A stretch of 64,000 bases of DNA from Girardia tigrina (Eukaryota), in the NCBI GenBank assembly GCA_001938485.1, contig MQRK01196706.1:1-64000 (forward strand), written 5' to 3'. The notes beneath the pieces were generated by a model that saw only the letters and a list, made by a program, of their open reading frames with translations, was not told the origin of the DNA and ran no database searches. The translations under genes and the position numbers were made by a program. Numbering within the stretch: position 1 is the stretch's first letter; every line of letters begins with the position of its first letter. Shown here in pieces: positions 13,781 to 27,504 of the stretch.

Positions 13781-14983
13781 CAAATTTTTTAAATTAAATT
13801 ATTTATTATTATATTCTTTCTTTAAATATTTTTAGTTTTTTGTTAGTTGTTAAATAATTAAAGTTATATTTTTAATTAAAATTTATTAATTTATTTCTTT
13901 CCATATATTATAAATATATTTTTGTTTTAAAAATAATAATTATTTTTTATTAATATAAATATTTTTTTATAAAATATCTAGTGATAAAATTATATAAAAA
14001 ATTATCACATTAAAAGTTATTTATATTTTAAAAAAATATTTTTTTCATATTTAAAAACATATTTGAAAAACTTTAAATAAATCACTTCACTTTTTTAAGG
14101 AGTAATTTTATCTTTATTAAATAAAGAAATAAAAATGAAAATTTGTTTTAAACCTATTTTTTGCAAAAAAATAGATAATTATTTTAAAGATATATTTGAT
14201 TTATTATTTGCATTAAAAATTTAATTATATTTTTCTTACATTATATACCTGAATTCTTATTTATAAACCCTTTTGTGATTTAATTACTGACAATATTTCT
14301 ATAACTCATAAGATTGGTTTTAGTATTTTAAACAATTTCTAAGATTATAATGCGATTTCGAATATTAAGTAAATATTTTCTTAATAATATAAAAAAGTAC
14401 ATATAAAATTAGTTATCAGTCCCATGTTCCGATTTTTATTTCTTAAACTAGAACACAAGGAGAATAAGATTTATTAAAAACAAAAGTGATAACTTTAAAA
14501 ATTTTACCTTCACCCCCAAACGTAACGTATCAACATATTATGTCTATCAAAACATAGCCTTAAAGAGATTGTATATGTATTATAAAAAGTAAAATCACAA
14601 AATTTCAAAAATACCCTTTTTTCTAAATAGATGACCACAATGAAACTATGAAGAGCGATTCAAAGGTTTTTTAATCATGCTTACCAGATGAAAAAGTATG
14701 AAGGATATTATTAATACATTGTTTTCCATTTAAATACAAGATTCAAAGCACTTGGTTTTCCTTCCACAGTCTCCCAAGATACAGTTGAAAGAAGCAAAAT
14801 ATAATATTCAAGAAAAATTGCATTAAAACTTTTAATTTATAGAATGTTTAATTAATTTGTTAAATATTTTATTATCTATAATAATTTATTTATTAATTTT
14901 AATTTCCAGTAAACATCATATTAATGTACTCAAAAGCCCTTCCTCAATATGTTTTAAATTTTCAGATTTTGATTTTGATAATA

Positions 14984-16250
14984 TTAGCTTGTTGCAAAAG
15001 GAATGCAGGTTTTTAAATTTAATGAATTGACCGCAATGTTATGCGACTAAAACATGTATGATGTTATGAGTCATTCGAAAGCTTAATTTATACTCTTTCA
15101 GATATATTTGTCTAAACTTATTATAATGTTTCTTTTGTTAATAATTTCGATTTTAATTGAAAATGTCAAAAAGTGATTTTCGCAACATATACTTCTACGA
15201 GTTCCAACTAGGACGTAATGCATCTAAAACCGCTCAAAACATCAACAAAGTTTGGGACAAGGGAAGTGTCAACAAATGCGCGGTGCGGCGCTGGTATCAA
15301 AAGTTTCGCTTCGGCAATACTAGCCTGGAAGATGAGCCTCATGGCAGCCGCTCATCGACGATCGACAACGATGAATCGAAGGAGCTAGTGGAAGCTTATC
15401 CACACACAACTGTTTGAGCACTCATAAAAGAGCTTAACGTTGATCCCTCTACCGTCACTTGGCATTTAAAGCTATTTGAAAAGTCGAAAAAGCTCGATAA
15501 ATAGGTACCTAATGAATTGATCGAAAATCAAAAAAAATTTTCGTTTTTATGTGTCATCCGCGCTTCTTCTGTACAACAAGATGGAGCCGTTTCTCGATCG
15601 GATTGTGACGTGTGATGAGATATGAATTCTTTACGACAATCGGCGACGTTCGGCACAATGGTTGCACCGCACTGAGGTTCATCACCACTTTCCAAAACCG
15701 AAACTCTACCAAAAGAAGGTTATGGTGACTGTTTGTTGGTCTGCAGACGGTATTATCCACCACAGCCTTCTAAATACGGGTAAAACGATCACCGCAGAGA
15801 AGTACTGCTAACAAATTGAAAAAATAGATCACAATCTCAAACGTATGTACCCGAGATTGGTCAATATGAAGGGGCCAATTTTCCTCCACTACAACGCCAG
15901 GCCACTCAATGCACAATCGATGCTGCAAAAGCAAAATGAATTGAGCTACGAAACTCTGCCTCATTCTCCTTACTCACTGCACCTCTTGTCCACGGACTAC
16001 CATTTTTTCAAGCATCTAGACAACTTCATCCAGGAAAGATTCTTCAAAAACCGAGACGATGCCAAAGACACCTTTAGCGCTTTCATCGTATCCTGAACTC
16101 AGAAGTTCTACACTAAGCGCATCAATAAACTTGTTTCTCATTGGCAAAAATGTATTAATTCTGATGGTTTTTATTTCGATTGATAAAATTTCTTCTGTGC
16201 TGATTTAAAGTTTAGATTCAAAAACCTGCATTGCCTTTACAACAACCTAA
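14984..16250 (+). mobile_element. Full-length but inactivated mariner
   Basis: TIRs ttagcttgttgcaaaaggaatgcaggtttt / aaaacctgcattgcctttacaacaacctaa, TA TSD. IVTCDE, LHYNARP, SPYSLHLLSTDYHFF. Confidence 0.92.
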
Positions 16251-17989
16251 TAATTATTAGAAAATGTTTACATTTGTAAATATAATTTGCAAAATTTTAT
16301 TATTAAATAAATTGAATTTTATAAAAAAACATGGAAAACATAGCATAGTCTACAAAAAAAAGAATGTTTATTTTGAGCCACCAAAATACTTAAAGCTTCC
16401 AGTTAAAGTCAGTGTTTCTTGTAATTTTGAAGTAAGTTTAATAAATATTTTGGAGATTTTAAGTAATAACTGAAGAATTTAAAATATAGAAATTTTAACA
16501 ATCAAATAGCTGATTGAATGATAAAAGTTTTTACTTTTTGAAACGGATAACCTGTGCAAAAACATTTTCCTATCAAATTTTAAACGAAGTTTCTTACAAC
16601 AAAAACAAAATCACTATATTAGGTTGTCCCTACAAAATGAAGTGGTTTTTAAAACAGCGTAACATATGAACCGGTAAATAAAACAAATGAAACTATGCAT
16701 TAAAAACATGTACATTCTCATAGCAAGTATTTGCAAGTTCACAAACAAGAAGTCAAAAGGAGTCTAAGCAAAACATTGTTGAATCTATTAACAACATTAA
16801 TATGAGTTTTACAACATTTATTATTATCACAAGCGCATTCACTATTTGACATCTCTCTTGATCAATATATTTCTGAGTCCATACTAATAATGAAACCTGT
16901 TCAAAATATTTAATGCAGCCATTTATACAAGGTATGTGACATGAAGTTCTTCAATTTAATCAAGCTTTAGATTTCATTTGTTTTTGAACAACAAATCTTG
17001 AAAAATCTACTGAGATTTTCTTATTACTTTAAATCAACAAATTTCCATTTTTTATTTTTTTTAAAAAAATAATTTTTTAAAAAAACTATTTTTATTTATT
17101 TTATTTTTAATTACACAAGTTAATTTGGATGTATGAAATTTAAATTTGAAAAAGTTTTTTCAGGCAAGTCTCTTAATCTTCGAAATAACGTAATTTATTT
17201 CTGACTATTTTTATGTACGAGTCAGAATATTATATTAATAATTTATTTATAAAAATATTATTTATAAAATAAATAAATTTCCAAATTTTATTTCATAATA
17301 ACTATTTTTTTACGGTAAATTTTGTTTCAAAATATATGTTTTAAATAAAATAAAATTTCCGAAAAAAATATTATTTAGCTTAAAATTGACCAAACGTATA
17401 ATTTTAAAAATTATTTTATTTGTTTTTAATTTGAATATAATTGACAGTTTGTTATTGAAAAATTAAGCCGTCTCTCTTCATTAAACTAAAATATAAAACA
17501 AATAATTATGAAAATAATTGAGAATAAAATAAACCCCAATTTTAATAAATCAACATACTCTAACCAATGAATAATTTAAATAATTACTTTAATTAAAATT
17601 AAATTTTATAATCAAATAGTTATCACTTTTATAGACAAGTCAAAATTATAATCAATTAAAGAAATTTAATTAATGAATAATTTAATTAATGACATTCTAT
17701 GCATAAAAATAATTTTTGTATTATTTTTCATTAATAAAAACATCACTTTTTAAATATTATTTTAAAATATTTTAATTTATTTACTTTAATGTCAAAGAAA
17801 CATGTTATGACTGATAAAAGTTTTGACTCTGGATTTAAGACCAATGATTATAATAATAATGTTTTAATAAATAATGTTTATTGTCGATTTTTTTATAAAT
17901 AAATTAAACTCTTTAAAAATTATTTTATACGTATTACGACCATTACCCTGTAAGACTTAGTATGAAATAAAAATTTTACAATGTCCGAA

Positions 17990-18260
17990 CAACTTTTATT
18001 TTGAACAGCATTGATTATTAGTACAAAAACACTCGTTTTAATTGATCACTATTGTTTATTTTAGTTGGCGGCATTTTGAAGAAAATTGAAAATTTAGAGA
18101 ATGCAGCGTTATTAAATTTTACTATAGACTTGGAAAAGTGCAGACAAAACGATGTGAAACATGGTCAAAGTTTATGACGGTGATTATCCATCTAGTGCCG
18201 CCCTTATAATTGACTAAAAGAGTGCGAACAAGACATGGAATCAGTGAACGATGTTTAACA
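17990..18260 (+). mobile_element. mariner 5' (HTH) fragment
   Basis: KFYYRLGKS...VYDGDYPS...YNW-like N-terminal pieces. Confidence 0.5.
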
Positions 18261-18289
18261 AAGTCTAAGATGAAAAAAAGTCGAATACG

Positions 18290-19935
18290 TCAAAATAATC
18301 TAAATAGAAGGCTGGCAGGTTTCTGTAATTTTTTCCGATATTTTAGCAAATGATAGTTTGAAGTCAGTCAAATACAAGCAACATTTAAGAGTAAAGCAAC
18401 CTGAAGATGCGAGTAAGGGAAGTAATTTTTACAAAAGACTTAAAAAATCTCGAACTGATAAGATTAAATCATTAATAAAATATGTAACAGTTTCGTCAAA
18501 AGCTCAGAGAGTATCATTTGAAATATCCTTATTAATTGCTAAGGCAATGAATTCCTATAATATTTGTGACAAATTAGTACTACTAGAGAAAATTAAAATT
18601 TGAGTAATATTGCACGGTATATATTATGCCAAAAGTTTGAGAACAATACCATTATATCGTGACACAGTTAAATGAAGACTTGTTGAACTATCAAATAACA
18701 TAAAAGTGGCTGTTTGTCAAAATACAAGAATATGGTAAATTTGCTATTCAACTTGAAGAAACTACGAATATAAAGGATACAGTACAATTAATGGTACATG
18801 TCAGGTATTTCTAATAAAATAGATTTGTAGAGAGAATGTTATTTTGTCAAGCTATGAAAGGTCACGCGTCCTGGTAATGAAATTTTCAATTTAATAGATA
18901 ATTTTTTAAATATAATAATTTGTCTTGAATTAACTGTGTGGGAGTATATACAGATGGTGCCGGTGTAATAGTGTGAAATAGAATCGGGTTCAAAGCAAAG
19001 GTTTTAAATATTGAACGCCATGTTGACTTTACGCTTAGTATCATCCATCGTATAATTCTGGCAGTAAAAAAATTGGAATCGGAAGTAAATGCATTTTTAA
19101 ATGATGTAATTAAAATTTAAAATGTTATCGAATCTCGATCTTTAAGAAAAAGAGACTATGATAGTTTGCTTTTACATAAAGACGTTAAATGGGTATCAAG
19201 AGGAATAATAGTTCATCGAGTTTTCGACTTCATCTCTTTTTTAAAGAGGATAAACATTCCTTTTCAGAAAAATGTTCAAACGAGAAATAGATTTTAATTT
19301 TATGTTACCTTGTCGGCATTTTTGATAAAATAAATGGACTCAATATATAGCTCAAGGCAAAAACACAACATTTTAACCATGAGTGATATAATGAATAGTT
19401 TTTCTAAAATAAAATTAAGTTTTGGAAAAAGCAAATTGATGCAAAAAGATATGAAATGTTTCCATGCTTTAATGAATTTATGAGCACGTCAGATGCCTTT
19501 AAAACTATTGTTCATGTGATAATATTATCACAGCTGGAAGTACTTCAGAAAAATTTTTCAACTAGATTTCCCGATTTGAAACATAATGAGTTAAACAGTT
19601 TTCTAAATCCTTTCATAGTAGATGTAAAAAAGCTAATCTGGACATCAGTTATGAGGAACGACTGGTACACCTGGCCAAGCACATTATTGAAATCGAAATT
19701 TAACGAAGAAACAACTGAAAAATTGTGGCTTGAAGTGAGCGGAGAATATAAAAGTCTGTGCAAAAAAGCAATTGGCATCGTGTTACTTTTTGCTTCGACA
19801 TAATTTTGCGAGGAGTCATTTAATAGTTGAACGTTAAAAATTTAATTTCGCTCGGTTTAAATGTTGAAGATGAACTAAGAGTAGCAATCTCGAATTTTTC
19901 TTTCAAACTCTCTCTTAGATTCATTGATCTCATTG
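18290..19935 (+). mobile_element. hAT (Buster/Charlie-type) transposase pseudogene
   Basis: FAIQLEETT, CVGVYTDGA, IIHRIILA, LLHKDVKWVSRG, LCYLVGIF, LLFAST*FCEESF, LNVEDELRVAIS. Confidence 0.85.
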
Positions 19936-20289
19936 AATCTTCATAATTATTAATTTATTTAAACCCTAAAGAAAATTGTATTTTCGATATAAAAAATGTA
20001 ATTAAATTTTGTTAATTTTTGTTTGTTTTTGCTAAAGAATAAAAACTATTGTTTTCTTGATATTTAATTTATAAGAAACAGAAAAAATACACTTTTTTTT
20101 ATTATTTTTATGACAATAACACATTGTCAAAGAAAAAATTTTTTCTTTAAATGGGGTTTTTTATTAAAATAAAATGCAAATATGTTTTAATTATTTGAAT
20201 AATAATTGTTAGGTGTTCTATTTGGTGAACTGTAAATTTTTTATATTTTAAAATTAAAAATCATAATTATATTTGAGACAAATTAAAAA

Positions 20290-20470
20290 TAATGTTCTAC
20301 TAATTAAAATGAAATAACTTTTTATAAAAAATAGGTTTATAGGTAATATTTTTACTAATTAAATTGAAATAACTTTTTATAAAAATTATAGTTCACAGAT
20401 AGTATTTTATTAATTAAAATGAAATAAGTTTTTATAAAAAATATAGTATAATGATAATATTCTACTAAGA
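20290..20470. repeat. About 55-bp AT-rich tandem repeat (about 3 units)
   Basis: Recurrent tactaattaaaatgaaataactttttataaaaa. Confidence 0.7.
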
Positions 20471-20840
20471 AGATTTTACTAGAAGATTTTGATATATCTT
20501 GTAACACTATTTAAAATAAAAATCATAATGTTTATTGAATTTAATTGTCAATGGAAAAGTTTTATAAAAAAATTTATTGAATATTTTAAAATTAAGTTCT
20601 AAAATAAAAATTATAATGTTTTATTGAAGTTAATCGTCCACGGAAAGTCTTATTAAAAAATAATTTATAATTGAATGATTTGAAATGAAAGAAATTATTT
20701 AGTAATTGAATTTTTACAGGACATGTCCATTAAAATATTTTTAATGATCTAAATTTATATTTCAATTATTAAACATTGTAAAAATTAATAAAACAAAAAC
20801 AAAATATGATTTATGCAAAATTGAATAAAATAACACACAT

Positions 20841-20891
<51 letters not shown>

Positions 20892-20895
<4 letters not shown>

Positions 20896-22106
20896 GTTGG
20901 TCGAAAAATAATGGCGGTTTTTGAGCTTTATACTTTGTTTATCTACTTTGATATGTATATAAGTTTAAATGCATTNNNNNNNNNNNNNNNNNNNNNNNNN
21001 NNNNNNNNNNNNNNNNNNNNNNNNNNNNNNNNNNNNNNNNNNNNNNNNNNNTAAACTGGGTCGTAAAGCAGCAGAAACGGCTCGCAATATCAATAAAGCA
21101 TTTGGCAAGGGAACAGCTTCTGAGTGCACAGTGCAACGATGGTTCCGAAAATTTTCTGATGGAGATGAAAACCTTGAAGATGAAGAAGGTGGTGGTCGTC
21201 CAGTCGCTGTGAACAACGATAATTTGAGGACAATGGTGGAAAAAGATCCCTGTACAATAATCAGAGAACTTGCAGATGGGTTGGTCATTAGTCATTCACA
21301 TTCCAGGATCATTTAAAACAACTTGGAAAAATGAAGAAACTTGATAAATGGATTCCACATGATTTGAATTAAAATCAAAAGAACCGACGCTATGAAATTT
21401 GTTCTGCCAATCATTTTCGCAATAAAAACGATCCATTTCTTGATCGTATTGTTACCTGTGATGAGAAATGGATCATGTATGATAACCGACATCGATCTAC
21501 ACAGTGGTTGGACAAAGATGAAGTACCGAAACCCTTTCCAAAACCGAAACTAACACCCCGTAAGGTTATGGTGACAGTTTGGTGATGTGATGCTGGAATC
21601 ATCCACTATAGTTTCTTGAATCCGGGTGAAACAATCACAGCGGAGAGGTACTGTCATGAAATTGATGATATGCATAAAAAATTGAAAACCCTCTGTCCGG
21701 GATTGGTCAATCGAAAAAGTCCCATCCTTCTTCATGATAACGTTAGACCTCATATTTAAAAAGTGACTTTTCAAAAGCTTAGTGAGTTGGGCTATGAAAC
21801 CCTGCTTCATCCACCATATGCACCAGACATCTCGCCAACGGACTTCTACTTTTTCATGCATTTGTACAACTTCCTACGTGAAAATATTTTCAAAAATCAA
21901 AATGATGCACAAAATGCCTTCCAAGAATTCGTCGCTTCGAGAACCGATGCATTTTATGCTGATGGAATAAAACAACTTGTTTCTCGTTGGCAAAAATATA
22001 TTGATGCCAACGGTTCATACTTTGATTAATAAACTTTTGTTTCTGTGAAATTGCACGTCTTTGAAGTTTGTGTCCCAAAACCGCCATTATTTTTCGACCA
22101 ACCTAA
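20892..22106 (+). mobile_element. mariner, near full length, few disablements
   Basis: TIRs ttaggttggtcgaaaaataatggcggtttt, TA TSD within (TA)n. WIPHDL, IVTCDEKW, HDNVRPH, PPYAPDISPTDFYFF. Confidence 0.95.
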
Positions 22107-22110
22107 TATA

Positions 22111-23603
22111 CAGTGACCAGCAAAAGTGTATAGTTTTTTTTTGGCATTTTGGTAAATGTGAAGTAATGTCTTGGATTTTAAATATTATGTCAAGTGTTAT
22201 ATATCATTTTGAAGCAATTTTACTTCTCTACCATACCCATGTTATGGCTTTTTAAATGTGAAACTAGTTTAAGAACAGTAACAGTTACAAAATTTATTCA
22301 AAACTATACAGTTTTGCTGCTTTTTCAATGTTTTACAGAAATCGCTTTTAGTTACAATATTATTTGTTTAAATGTAACAATTTCATTAAAATTTTGTTAT
22401 TTATCATGTTTTATTTTAAATTGAATAATATTTAATATTATATTTAGTTTTTTAACATATTTTNNNNNNNNNNNNNNNNNNNNNNNNNNNNNNNNNNNNN
22501 NNNNNNNNNNNNNNNNNNNNNNNNNNNNNNNNNNNNNNNNNNNNNNNNNNNNNNNNNNNNNNNNNNNNNNNNNNNNNNNNNNNNNNNNNNNNNNNNNNNN
22601 NNNNNNNNNNNNNNNNNNNNNNNNNNNNNNNNNNNNNNNNNNNNNNNNNNNNNNNNNNNNNNNNNNNNNNNNNNNNNNNNNNNNNNNNNNNNNNNNNNNN
22701 NNNNNNNNNNNNNNNNNNNNNNNNNNNNNNNNNNNNNNNNNNNNNNNNNNNNNNNNNNNNNNNNNNNNNNNNNNNNNNNNNNNNNNNNNNNNNNNNNNNN
22801 NNNNNNNNNNNNNNNNNNNNNNNNNNNNNNNNNNNNNNNNNNNNNNNNNNNNNNNNNNNNNNNNNNNNNNNNNNNNNNNNNNNNNNNNNNNNNNNNNNNN
22901 NNNNNNNNNNNNNNNNNNNNNNNNNNNNNNNNNNNNNNNTGGATATTTAACAAAAATTGAAGGTAAAATGGACGCACAACTGTATTGCGATATCTTAAAT
23001 GATGAATTTCGACAATCCTGTGACTATTATGGATTCGACATGGGACAGATTATTTTTTCAACAAGATAATGACCCAAAGCATACATCAAAAAAAGCAACC
23101 AAATGGCTGGTTGAAAATGATGTAAATGTTATGCAGTGGCCTTCACAATCTCCTGATCTCAATCCCATCGAACATATATGGGTATTNNNNNNNNNNNNNN
23201 NNNNNNNNNNNNNNNNNNNNNNNNNNNNNNNNNNNNNNNNNNNNNNNNNNNNNNNNNNNNNNNNNNNNNNNNNNNNNNNNNNNNNNNNNNNNNNNNNNNN
23301 NNNNNNNNNNNNNNNNNNNNATTTTAGCATTAAAAAAAGCTAAAGGGGGCTATATCAAATATTGAAAGTTGGTTTTTATAAAATCATTGAAAAAGCCGCA
23401 AAACTGTATAGTTTTGAATAAATGTTGTAACTGTTACTGATCTTAAACTAGTTTCACATTTAAAAAGCCATAACATGGGTATGATAGAGAAGTAAAATTG
23501 CTTCAAAATGATATATAACACTTGACATAATATTTTAAATCCAAGACATGACTGCACATTTACCAAAATGCCAAAGAAAACTATACACTTTTGCAGGTCA
23601 CTG
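22111..23603 (+). mobile_element. Tc1 element with about 220-bp TIRs (partly N gap)
   Basis: cagtgaccagcaaaagtg...cacttttgcaggtcactg, [41 protein letters not shown]. Confidence 0.93.
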
Positions 23604-23790
23604 TATACATCAATATTATTATTTATATTTAGAATTTCAAAATCTGGTTTATGTAACTGAAATATTGTTCCTCATAAATTTGTTTGAATAACGAAATTTG
23701 TATTAGAAATAAAGTTTGCGAATAATGACTTTAAATTTTAATCACAAACCCAATAATAATAATATTAATAATAATAATAATATTAATAAT

Positions 23791-24278
23791 TGTGAAGAAT
23801 ATTTTAAATTGTTTGAATGTGTAAATGTATGGATGCTGTATGTTGATTTAAGTATGTTGAATTTAGAATGGTGATTCTCCGACCCAGATGGAAATTGGTA
23901 TTTTTTTTATTTAAGTTTAAAGTGATTGACTATTCGAACATAATTAAAATAATCATTTTATAAGTTCATATCTTTAATTTCAGAATTAAAATTAAGTTTA
24001 ATAATTTTTAGTAAAATTTAAATTAAATGCATTTTTAATAATTTGATGACATTTTTATTATTTTGGGATTTATTGAAAAATGGTAAAAATTAATATTTTT
24101 AATTAATATTTTTTAAAAAATAATTTAGAAAAATTGTTCGAATAAACATGATTAAAAACAGAAATAAGAAAACCAATTAGAACGATGGCAAACGATGAAA
24201 GACTTTCTGAGAGTCATAATGACTCTAAATGTAATTGCAATACAGATTCAAATGAGACTTGTCTAAATGTTCTTAATA
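23791..24278 (+). mobile_element. Solo LTR, family A1, inserted in (AAT)n
   Basis: TGTGAAG...TGTTCTTAATA, ATAAT on both sides. Close homologue of 12031-12532. Confidence 0.8.
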
Positions 24279-25269
24279 ATAATAATAATAATAATAATTT
24301 TTGGAAAGTTTTTAAGAAAATTTTTTAGAAATGTTTTGATTTTATATTACAACATAAAAAAGGTTAAAACATATTTTTATAATTTATTTATATAATTTGA
24401 TTAAAATCAGGGACAACTTGCAATGATCAAATTAATTTAATTAAGGAAACTAAATTACAAATGTTTTTATTAATAAATTTAATTATGAAATGGTAAAAAA
24501 GAAACAAAATAATTCATGAATTATTAAAAATAACTCTTAAGCTTTAAATAATTGTTTTATTTTAAGTGGAAATGAGTAATAAAAAGTGAATATTTTTCCC
24601 AAAGGAACAATTTCTTTATAAAAAACTTATTCCAGATTTTAAATACGGAATTTCTATGGACAGGAAGACTCTGTCAATTTTGCCCGGAGCTCGAGTTTTT
24701 ATAAAATTAGATTTCCATGTTTTTTTTATTTTCATATTATTTTTAATAAAAATTAAATTCAAATGTATTTTCATTTAATACATTTAAAATAAATACTATG
24801 TTATTTTTTTCAAAGTTTTACTAAAGAAATTATATTTTATGTATATATAATTAATATATTTATTAATATACTTTCATATTTTATTCACTATATAAAATAT
24901 ATTGTTTTAGATTAAAATAAATAAAAGTTAAAATAATTTTAAATATTTATTTTCAAGAAAAAAACTAAAATTAAAAAATAATTAAATATATACTTTTATA
25001 TTCAAAAAATATTGCTGTGCATGTAAAATATTTTAAAAATTTAAATAAAAGAAAATCATAAAGATACAAAATTATGAAGATATAATGTAAAAAAAAGTAA
25101 ATTAAAAAATGTGTTTTGTAATCATTGAAAATTTGTGCGTCGTTTAAACATAGAAAAAGTGATTTATAAAATTCATTCTTTAATTAAAATTCGTTTTCTT
25201 CTATTTATTTCGATTTTCGAAAAATAAAATAATAAAAATAATAAAATAAAATTATTCTGTTATTCTGAG

Positions 25270-26119
25270 TTGTGGATACACGGGTGATTGTAGAGAAGTT
25301 AAATGTTGCACATACAGCCATTGAGATTCATTTGAAACGGGTGATCTCGTTAAGAAGTTGGATATTAGGGTTCTGTATTATTCGAAAGAAGTTCATCTGA
25401 CAGATCGCAACAACGCTTGCAATGCATTGCCTACACAATTAATTCTATCCTTTTTTAAAAACAAATCATTACTGGAGACAAAAAGTGGATTGTGTTCAAC
25501 AATTTCATTCAAAAACAAGCATGGTGCACGCCTGGTGAGTCATCTCAAACGATTTTATCCATTAAAAGAAGTTTTCCTGTTTATTTAGTGAAATTGGAAT
25601 GGCCCGGTGTATTTTTAGCTGCTTCCAAGGAAGCAAACCATTAATTCAGAGGTCTACGGTCGGAAACTGGACAAATTGAATGCAATGGTCAATGAAAAGC
25701 GATCAGATTTGGTCAATCGTAAAGGTATCATTTTTCTCAAGGATAAAGCTAGGCCTCACACATCTTTAGACTTTCGGCATAAATTGATTGATAATGGTTG
25801 GAAATCGGTGCAGCACCAACCATATAGCCCTGATCTCGCGCTATCGGAATACCACTTAATTTTATTACTGGAAAACTCCTTTTGTGGTGAATCTTTCAAT
25901 GATGATGACGCTATAACATCTCACTTAACTGAGTTTTTCGCAGAAAATTCCAAATAAAATTCCACAATTTCTACTGGCGTGGGATTTTCAAGTTGACAGA
26001 GATGGCAAAAGGTCACCGAAAAAAATGCAAAATACATTATAGATGAAAGTTTATTCCAAGTAAAAAAAAACTCTTTCATTTCATTGAACAAATCGACTAT
26101 TATTTAGTTGCCAACCAAA
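25270..26119 (+). mobile_element. Decayed mariner (3' two-thirds)
   Basis: LVNRKGIIFLKDKARPH, HQPYSPDLALSEYHL. 3' TIR-like tagttgccaaccaaa. Confidence 0.8.
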
Positions 26120-26279
26120 TAAAACATTTTTACGTTTAAAAATAAATTGTTTGGTATTTATTTTTTTTATTTTTATAATTGAAATTGTTGTATATATACA
26201 TATGGTTGTGACAAAGTGGTTTATTTAGGTTTAAAATTTTTCAAAAAGTCAAAGCAAGTGTGCTCAACAAAAACTTGAT

Positions 26280-26960
26280 TTCGATTGGTGATAAAGCAAA
26301 AATTTGAGAAGAAAAATGTTTCCAAATTCAAAACTTTTTGAATCAATGATCATCAAGGATGTTTAATGTAAAAAGAGCATATTTTATAAATCTTATTGGG
26401 GATCTTTTTCCATATATGTTTTGCTGCTGAATTTTGGAAGGTTTTGTATTCAGAAAAGTTCATGTTTATTCCACAAATCGCACAACTGCTTTAAGGAAAA
26501 TTAACTTGAAATTCGAAAACGTTAGTAGTTTATATCCTCCATGTCAGTTGTAACAAACCTTTTAATGCTTTGCATTTTTTTAGAGTAAAAATATGCTATC
26601 GTAATTCCAAGAAAAACACTTTTCATTCTGTATATAGAAGATAATCTTTATTTAAAAATGAAGAATATATAACTGAAAAGAAGTCACTTTCACATAGGTT
26701 CATAGTAGAATTGTTCCTTTCTTGTATATTACATATCCGACATCGCTGTTGAATTGTATTATGACAAGCCTTTGTGCTTTATCTTATATGTTTAATTTCC
26801 GTAATCAACCAAGTATAATGATCCCATTTTCATTCCAAATTTCAACATCAAAAATCGGAAGTGATCCGTGAGTATGTGAGAAATCCAAGTTTGCAAAGTC
26901 AAATTCTGTATAATAAATTTTATTGGTACTTTGGTGGTATTTTTTCAATAAGTATAACAC
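26280..26960 (-). mobile_element. Possible Penelope-like RT/EN remnant
   Basis: GSLPIFDVEI resembles LPFLDV. Downstream CAICG and SAAKH pieces. Confidence 0.4.
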
Positions 26961-26974
26961 AGTGCGTGACTGTG

Positions 26975-27504
26975 TCATAATTATTTGCAAATCATTCAAG
27001 GACAGAGTGAGGCAAAAATGGATGGTTTGGATAACCACTGGTTAGCAAGAACTGAGCAAAAATGGAAATATCAAGAGACTTAGCCTGTCTCTAGTCTCTA
27101 CTTGGGTCAAAGAAGCCTGGGATTCCGTCTCAGATGGTTGTCGAAAGTTTCATGAAGTCTGAAATCTCAAACAGAATGGATGGTTCAGAAGATGATGAGT
27201 TCTCGAAAGAAGGCACAGAAGAAGAAACGGAAGAAGATAAAGATCAAGCTGAAGCCAACTGTGATACAGATGAAAGTCTAATTCCGGAAGAGTTTCATGA
27301 AGATTTTGGTGACAGTGATGATGATGGATTCTGATTGAAATAAAAAATATGTATTTTTTGGTGGAAAATAAAATTCTTTCATAAAAAAACTTTTTAAATA
27401 AAATTCTGAAAACTTACGGGGAGCGTTATCCTTGGGTATATCAAAAAAGACCAGTTTTTCGATTAATTAAAAAGTGATGGAGCATTATACTTCTGTGATT
27501 ACGG
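26975..27504 (+). mobile_element. pogo/Tigger 3' fragment (DDE C-terminus and right TIR)
   Basis: KSFKDRVRQKWMVW...WVKEAWDSVS...ISNRMDGSEDD acidic tail. Ends gattacgg|ta. Confidence 0.8.

Noticed and set aside
27134-27334. Acidic 66-aa ORF as a host gene
   Set aside because: It is the acidic tail of a pogo transposase.
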